Virus record (IMG/VR): IMGVR_UViG_3300042544_003795
Location: 106,054-170,053 of that record
Direction: 5' to 3' (one strand)
Source of the DNA: a virus
DNA length: 64,000 bases
The translations under genes were made by a program, and so were the position numbers. The notes beneath the pieces are model-generated. The model had not been told where the DNA came from, made no database searches, and saw only the letters and a program-made list of their open reading frames with translations. This document shows, one piece after another, positions 59,353-64,000 of the stretch (position 1 is the stretch's first letter; each line of letters begins with the position of its first letter).

Positions 59353-61329
59353 TTAAGGAATAAATTCAGAAGGATATGTATTTAGAGTTCTTAATTCTAG
59401 TTTATGAAGTTCTGCTATTCCAGCTGCATTATCAACCGCTATATTTCTAGAAATTTTAACTCTCATTATATCTCCGGGAGAAATACCACTTAACTCTCCA
59501 CTCGTTAAAGGCTGAGAAGTTTTTTTAATTTTACCTGCTAAAGGAGCTGAAGATGCTCCTATATAATAAGGTCCAAAAAAATTATCAGAAGAAATAACAG
59601 CTCCATCGTTTATTTTTTCTAAATACATTTCCCAACCAACAGTGCCCACAGCTACTTGGCAAGACCACCACGCATTAAATAAGATTCCGCTATTTAAAAA
59701 TGCATCATAAGGTACTAATGTTGACCACAAAGCTGTTTGAGTTGTAACATCAGAAAAATTTAAAATAGGTCTACCATTTCTAGTAGAGAGATCCGCTGTA
59801 GTACCTGCAACAGGTGCTTCATAATCTTTTGGACTTAAAACTCCAATAGTTTTAGAAAAATTGCTATCTAAGGTTCCATAAAGTAAAGAACCATCAGAAG
59901 AAATACCCGATACATATTGACCTAATACTCCTAAGTTTCTTTTGACTCCACCTAACACAGATGTAGTCGGAGTTGGCATTAAAGATCCAGATACAGTTCC
60001 AATTAAGTTATTCGAATTTATACTAGTTAGATTAAAGCCATTTCCATAATAATTATTGCCTTTTATATTACCGTTTACATCTAATTTTTGAGTAGGAGAA
60101 ATAGTATTAACTCCAAGATCTCCATTAGTATTTATAAATAGTCTGTAATTTAAAGTTCCTGTTCCCGGAGAATTTTTTACTAAACTATTTGTTTGAGCTG
60201 CTAATCCAAAACTTCCCAATATATCATAAGAGATTACAGTTTTATCTGAACCTGCTGTAATAGCTGCTGCCATACCTGTGCCGTAGCTGCAAATAAAACC
60301 TACTGGATTACCAGAAGTATTTTCTATATAAACATGTGCCCCAGAAGAATAAATAGATTGAGTTTTAGAACTATCAACGCTATTCACTCTTAAAGTTTTA
60401 GTAGAAATAGATCCGTATCCAGCTCCACCATCATTAATTTTAAGTATACCCGAAGATACTCTTGATATTCCTATATCTGTAGAACCTGTTAATCCCGCAG
60501 CAAACATAACCCCTTTTGCAGAATTAGTTCCATAATATACTTGAGAAACTGAAGCTGCATTAAATTTTAAATCTCCTCCTTGAGAATATAATAAGGAACC
60601 ATTAGCACTATCCGATTCGAGTATTATTCTAGATGCTCCGCTAGGAGATATAATTTCAAATTGACTTTTTGCTCCGCCTGTTGCCCCTTGTAAAATAAAA
60701 GAACCATTTATACTTGAATCAGCAGATAATCCAGATGTTCCGGCTCCAATTCTTGCTGATGGATAATTTACCCCATCTCCCTTCGCAATAAATTTTGCAT
60801 TTATAGTTTGGTCTGCGGTAAAAATATTAGCCTCTGTAAGATAAACAGAATTCGGTCCTAAAGATCTAGGATAATTAACAGTTACAGTCACAGTACCTGT
60901 AGTAACAGAGGATGTAAAAACATCATCTGGATTACCATATTTACTAATATAAACCTTAGCCTCTCCAACCGTTGATCCTCCAGATCTTTTTATTCTAAAA
61001 GAAACTGTAGATGCATCAGAATTTATCAAAAAATCAAAATCATTTGTTCCTGATATTCCGCTATCCACTTCTGGAATAATTTTTTGCCAAACATTAGCTG
61101 TAGCATTATTTGTAACTGAGAATCTATAAGATTTAGATATTGTAAATCCAGATGTATTTACTTGTACAGATACTTCAAAATACGCAGCTCCATTCAATAA
61201 AACCCAATCCCCTATAGATATATAACTATTTGCTGTTCCTGATATATCTCTGGTAAAGTTTTTCCTAACAAGATAAGGCCAAGAAACATTGGCAGGAACT
61301 ATCATTTCTGTGGAAGTATCTAAATTCAT
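59353..61329 (-). CDS. Tail fibre/adhesin-like protein
   Basis: Gly/Ser/Thr-rich; NGDLGVNTISPTQKLDVNGNI; PTTSVLGGVK; C-terminal domain shared with 62451..64000. Confidence 0.65.
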   Translation of the reverse strand: MNLDTSTEMIVPANVSWPYLVRKNFTRDISGTANSYISIGDWVLLNGAAYFEVSVQVNTSGFTISKSYRFSVTNNATANVWQKIIPEVDSGISGTNDFDFLINSDASTVSFRIKRSGGSTVGEAKVYISKYGNPDDVFTSSVTTGTVTVTVNYPRSLGPNSVYLTEANIFTADQTINAKFIAKGDGVNYPSARIGAGTSGLSADSSINGSFILQGATGGAKSQFEIISPSGASRIILESDSANGSLLYSQGGDLKFNAASVSQVYYGTNSAKGVMFAAGLTGSTDIGISRVSSGILKINDGGAGYGSISTKTLRVNSVDSSKTQSIYSSGAHVYIENTSGNPVGFICSYGTGMAAAITAGSDKTVISYDILGSFGLAAQTNSLVKNSPGTGTLNYRLFINTNGDLGVNTISPTQKLDVNGNIKGNNYYGNGFNLTSINSNNLIGTVSGSLMPTPTTSVLGGVKRNLGVLGQYVSGISSDGSLLYGTLDSNFSKTIGVLSPKDYEAPVAGTTADLSTRNGRPILNFSDVTTQTALWSTLVPYDAFLNSGILFNAWWSCQVAVGTVGWEMYLEKINDGAVISSDNFFGPYYIGASSAPLAGKIKKTSQPLTSGELSGISPGDIMRVKISRNIAVDNAAGIAELHKLELRTLNTYPSEFIP

Positions 61330-61363
61330 AATATGCTATATTTTATACACTGTTTAATTAGAT

Positions 61364-61807
61364 TTATTTTGCTAAAATTTCGTCTCTTCTGGTTTCGTTT
61401 ATTATGCCCGAACTTATCAGAGCGGAAAGCCCGCTTTGCACTCTAGGGTCATCGCTCCAAACCTCTCCAAACCAAGTAGATAAGAGAAGTCTTAAAGCAG
61501 CGACAGTCGTGTCTTGGGATAAACTTATAGCGGCCATTTCTGTTAAAGTAAATTCCTGAACAAACATGGACGAATTGTCCCAAGATTTCCTAGCATCGGC
61601 GGCTAATTCTTCTTCTGATTTATCTTCTACTACCCATTGACCTAAACCCCAGTAAGGTTCTTTTTGAAGAGATGGATCAAAAGAAGGCTTTTCTGGTACA
61701 GGTTGAAAATAATCTTTTTTAGGATTATTGTTTTCAATCCAATCTAAATAAAGAGAATCTGGTAAGTCTCTGATTTCAAATTTTTGTATATCGTAGTAAA
61801 GGGACAT
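61364..61807 (-). CDS. Putative fibre-associated/assembly protein
   Basis: Lies between fibre genes; PSFDP...W..GQWVV; FTLTE...DPRVQSGL. Confidence 0.45.
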   Translation of the reverse strand: MSLYYDIQKFEIRDLPDSLYLDWIENNNPKKDYFQPVPEKPSFDPSLQKEPYWGLGQWVVEDKSEEELAADARKSWDNSSMFVQEFTLTEMAAISLSQDTTVAALRLLLSTWFGEVWSDDPRVQSGLSALISSGIINETRRDEILAK

Positions 61808-61813
61808 ATTTTT

Positions 61814-62449
61814 TTAACCGTATATTCTTGGATGATCAAAATTTGTTATAGAAACTTGTGTTAAAGTTCTGCCTTGAGCCAAATCCTTAGATAGTTGAAG
61901 GCCCCTATTATAAAATTTTAAATTATTAGAGCTAACAAGATATGGGGCAAACCCTTTTGACAAAGATATTATTTGATCATCTGTTAATGCTCCGCTCCAA
62001 ATTGCTGCTTCTGCTATTCTACCATTGAAAAAAAATCCTCTTGATGTGCTCCATCTAGAACCTAACATAATATTATTAATTCCAACTGGATTTGAACTAG
62101 TTGTATTAGTAGCTTTTCCTCCTCCATTTAAAAAAATAGATCTACCAGTTATACTTGTACAAACAGCTGCTGCATGATGCCATGTATTTGCTGTATATCC
62201 AATTGTGCTAGTAGCTGTTCTGTCTACAGCTCCTACTAAAGAACTTATAGCTATAAAATCTCCTGCTAGATCTCCTCTGTTTACCATTTGAAATCTATCA
62301 ACTCCATTAGCTACTCCAAGAGACATTAAAGTTCCTCCAGCAGTAACATTAGCAGGATTAAACCAGCAAGCCATTGTAAATGGAAAAGTGGTAACTGGGG
62401 TAGATGTTGATTCTATATAAGAACTTGTACCATTTAAAGATAATGCCAT
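61814..62449 (-). CDS. LamG/concanavalin A-like domain protein
   Basis: LSLNGTSSYI, FTMACWF, NTWHHAAAV, FFNGRIAEAAIWSGALT. Confidence 0.8.
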   Translation of the reverse strand: MALSLNGTSSYIESTSTPVTTFPFTMACWFNPANVTAGGTLMSLGVANGVDRFQMVNRGDLAGDFIAISSLVGAVDRTATSTIGYTANTWHHAAAVCTSITGRSIFLNGGGKATNTTSSNPVGINNIMLGSRWSTSRGFFFNGRIAEAAIWSGALTDDQIISLSKGFAPYLVSSNNLKFYNRGLQLSKDLAQGRTLTQVSITNFDHPRIYG

Positions 62450-62450
62450 A

Positions 62451-64000
62451 TTAAGCGATAGTTAAGAGGTCTACATAGAGTAATTGAGCGTCCCCAGCTA
62501 ATGTATCAAGGGCGTTAGCTCCAGATCTTACAATATGGAGTCTAAAAGAATCTCCTTGACTGAGAGAGTCTATTGCTGTACAGTTTAAAGATAAAGTGGA
62601 TATAATTCCTGCCGTACCATTCGTAGCGCTAACACCTGTAGCAAAAGGACCAAAAGAATCTCCATCTAAATCATGATTAGCATTTTCAAATCGTGCGCCC
62701 CAGAAAACATTTCCAAGTATACCTGTTAGAGCTATCCATTCAACATTAACTCTTATTCCAGATATCAAATTAGATCCAGTAGGAATAATACCTTGGAAAA
62801 TCCCGCTCTCATTCAAAGCTGCATCAAAATTAAGAACTGGTATAGAATTTCTTGTATCTAAAGTTGCAAATCCACCACCGGGAGGAATATTATCTAAAGC
62901 AGTAAAGTATGATAAATTTTTAGCATGAACTAAGTTAGTTAATTGACTTCCGTCTCCACTAAAGAAACCAGCTCTAAGAGTTCCATGCCCAGCGGCACCA
63001 TCTGACACTTTTAATATTCCAGATGATAGTCTGGTGAATCCAACATCCGGATTGCCACCTATTCCTGTTCCGAAAAGGACTCCTTTGTTATTAACTCCGA
63101 CTGCATTTACAACATTAAGATTACCTTGTATTCGTGTATCTCCATTGATGTATAACCTATCTGAGGTCGAAGTAATAGAATTATTTATAGATATATTTCC
63201 AGCAGAGTCCATCCAAAAATAATAAGTAGTTCCTCCTCCTCCCGCTGGATTATTCAATATACCAGCATTATCTTGTTTTCCTATACCAAAACTTCCAGCA
63301 CTATCATAAAGAAAAATAGCAGCTTGTGTTCCAGCCACTAATGCTCCAGCTCTTCCTCCTACATAGCTAAAAATATATCCAGCTGTACCAACTGTGCTTT
63401 CCATAAGCATTTGACCTGTTACAGCTCTTGCATTAATTAATTTTCCAGTTATACTAGGACTTCCTATTCTAAGAGATCTACTAAGAAATATATCTTCAGA
63501 ATTGAAACTTCCGACAGTATCTCTTTGAACTAGGGTATTAGCAACATTTAATGATGTTCCAGTTGTTCCTCCTCCCCCTCCAACACCTTGAATACCTTGT
63601 ATACCTTGTACAGATAATCCTTGAATGCCTTGAATACCTTGGGCACCTTGAACTCCTGTTCCAGTAGCTCCTATAATACCTTGGATACCTTGAACTCCTT
63701 GAGTACCTTGTACCCCTTGAGTTCCCTGCGCCCCAGTAGCTCCAGTAGCCCCAGTAGCTCCAGTAGCTCCAGTAACTCCTCTAATACCCTGTATCCCTTG
63801 GATACCTTGGATGCCTTGGATACCCTGAACCCCTTGAGCGCCTTGCACTCCTTGGGTACCTTGAACTCCTTGGGTACCTTGTACCCCTTGAGTTCCCTGC
63901 GCCCCAGTAGCTCCAGTAGCCCCAGTAGCTCCAGTAGCTCCAGTAACTCCTCTAATACCCTGTATCCCTTGGATACCTTGGATGCCTTGGATACCCTGAA
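62451..64000 (-). CDS. Collagen-repeat tail fibre protein, true start beyond the right edge
   Basis: The frame stays open to the window end; (G-X-Y)n QGIQGI/GATGAT repeats; globular C-terminus. Confidence 0.8.
   Translation of the reverse strand, partial: QGIQGIQGIQGIQGIRGVTGATGATGATGATGAQGTQGVQGTQGVQGTQGVQGAQGVQGIQGIQGIQGIQGIRGVTGATGATGATGATGAQGTQGVQGTQGVQGIQGIIGATGTGVQGAQGIQGIQGLSVQGIQGIQGVGGGGGTTGTSLNVANTLVQRDTVGSFNSEDIFLSRSLRIGSPSITGKLINARAVTGQMLMESTVGTAGYIFSYVGGRAGALVAGTQAAIFLYDSAGSFGIGKQDNAGILNNPAGGGGTTYYFWMDSAGNISINNSITSTSDRLYINGDTRIQGNLNVVNAVGVNNKGVLFGTGIGGNPDVGFTRLSSGILKVSDGAAGHGTLRAGFFSGDGSQLTNLVHAKNLSYFTALDNIPPGGGFATLDTRNSIPVLNFDAALNESGIFQGIIPTGSNLISGIRVNVEWIALTGILGNVFWGARFENANHDLDGDSFGPFATGVSATNGTAGIISTLSLNCTAIDSLSQGDSFRLHIVRSGANALDTLAGDAQLLYVDLLTIA
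63583..64000 (-). repeat. Collagen-like 9-bp repeats with a 171-bp higher-order duplication
   Basis: 63715-63829 recurs at 63886-64000 (offset 171). Confidence 0.9.

Noticed and set aside
2967-63222. Plus-strand ORFs in the track (e.g. 2967..3263, 26439..26912, 44025..44327) and nested minus ORF 17765..18007
   Set aside because: Short antisense or out-of-frame shadows of well-supported minus-strand genes, with no recognisable motifs.
59353-64000. Diversity-generating retroelement acting on fibre genes
   Set aside because: No reverse transcriptase and no near-identical TR/VR pair differing at adenines in this window.
1-64000. Stop-codon reassignment
   Set aside because: Standard code 11 gives dense, full-length genes including a 15-kb ORF.

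Overview
This is an AT-rich, densely coding fragment of a large tailed dsDNA phage genome (siphovirus-like tail module). Essentially all genes are on the minus strand, and the ORFs at both ends are truncated. From right to left in transcription order: collagen-repeat and LamG tail fibre/adhesin genes, major tail protein, tail-assembly-chaperone region (with a -1 slippery site), a 5095-aa tape measure protein (TMP), hub/baseplate-type genes, a ~400-nt structured non-coding interval, nucleotide and sugar metabolism (dNTP pyrophosphatases, GT4, ClpP-like protease, NrdAB, Gmd, SNase, ThyX), recombination/replication (RecA, DnaB, primase, PD-(D/E)XK nucleases, a DnaE-type polymerase split into PHP, exonuclease and core genes, SSB) and further glycosyltransferases. 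The standout candidate system is the TMP. Its middle is a string of enzyme-like cargo domains: two protein-kinase-like, two PD-(D/E)XK-like, a P-loop kinase, an HxGH nucleotidyltransferase and an ADP-ribosyltransferase-like domain. These fall into modules bounded by a repeated GFIPNF peptide (9 exact copies). A tail protein two genes downstream carries an inserted trypsin-fold protease with an intact H-D-S triad. Together these suggest an injected, proteolytically processed effector polyprotein. All family assignments come from motif recognition by eye, not from database searches.
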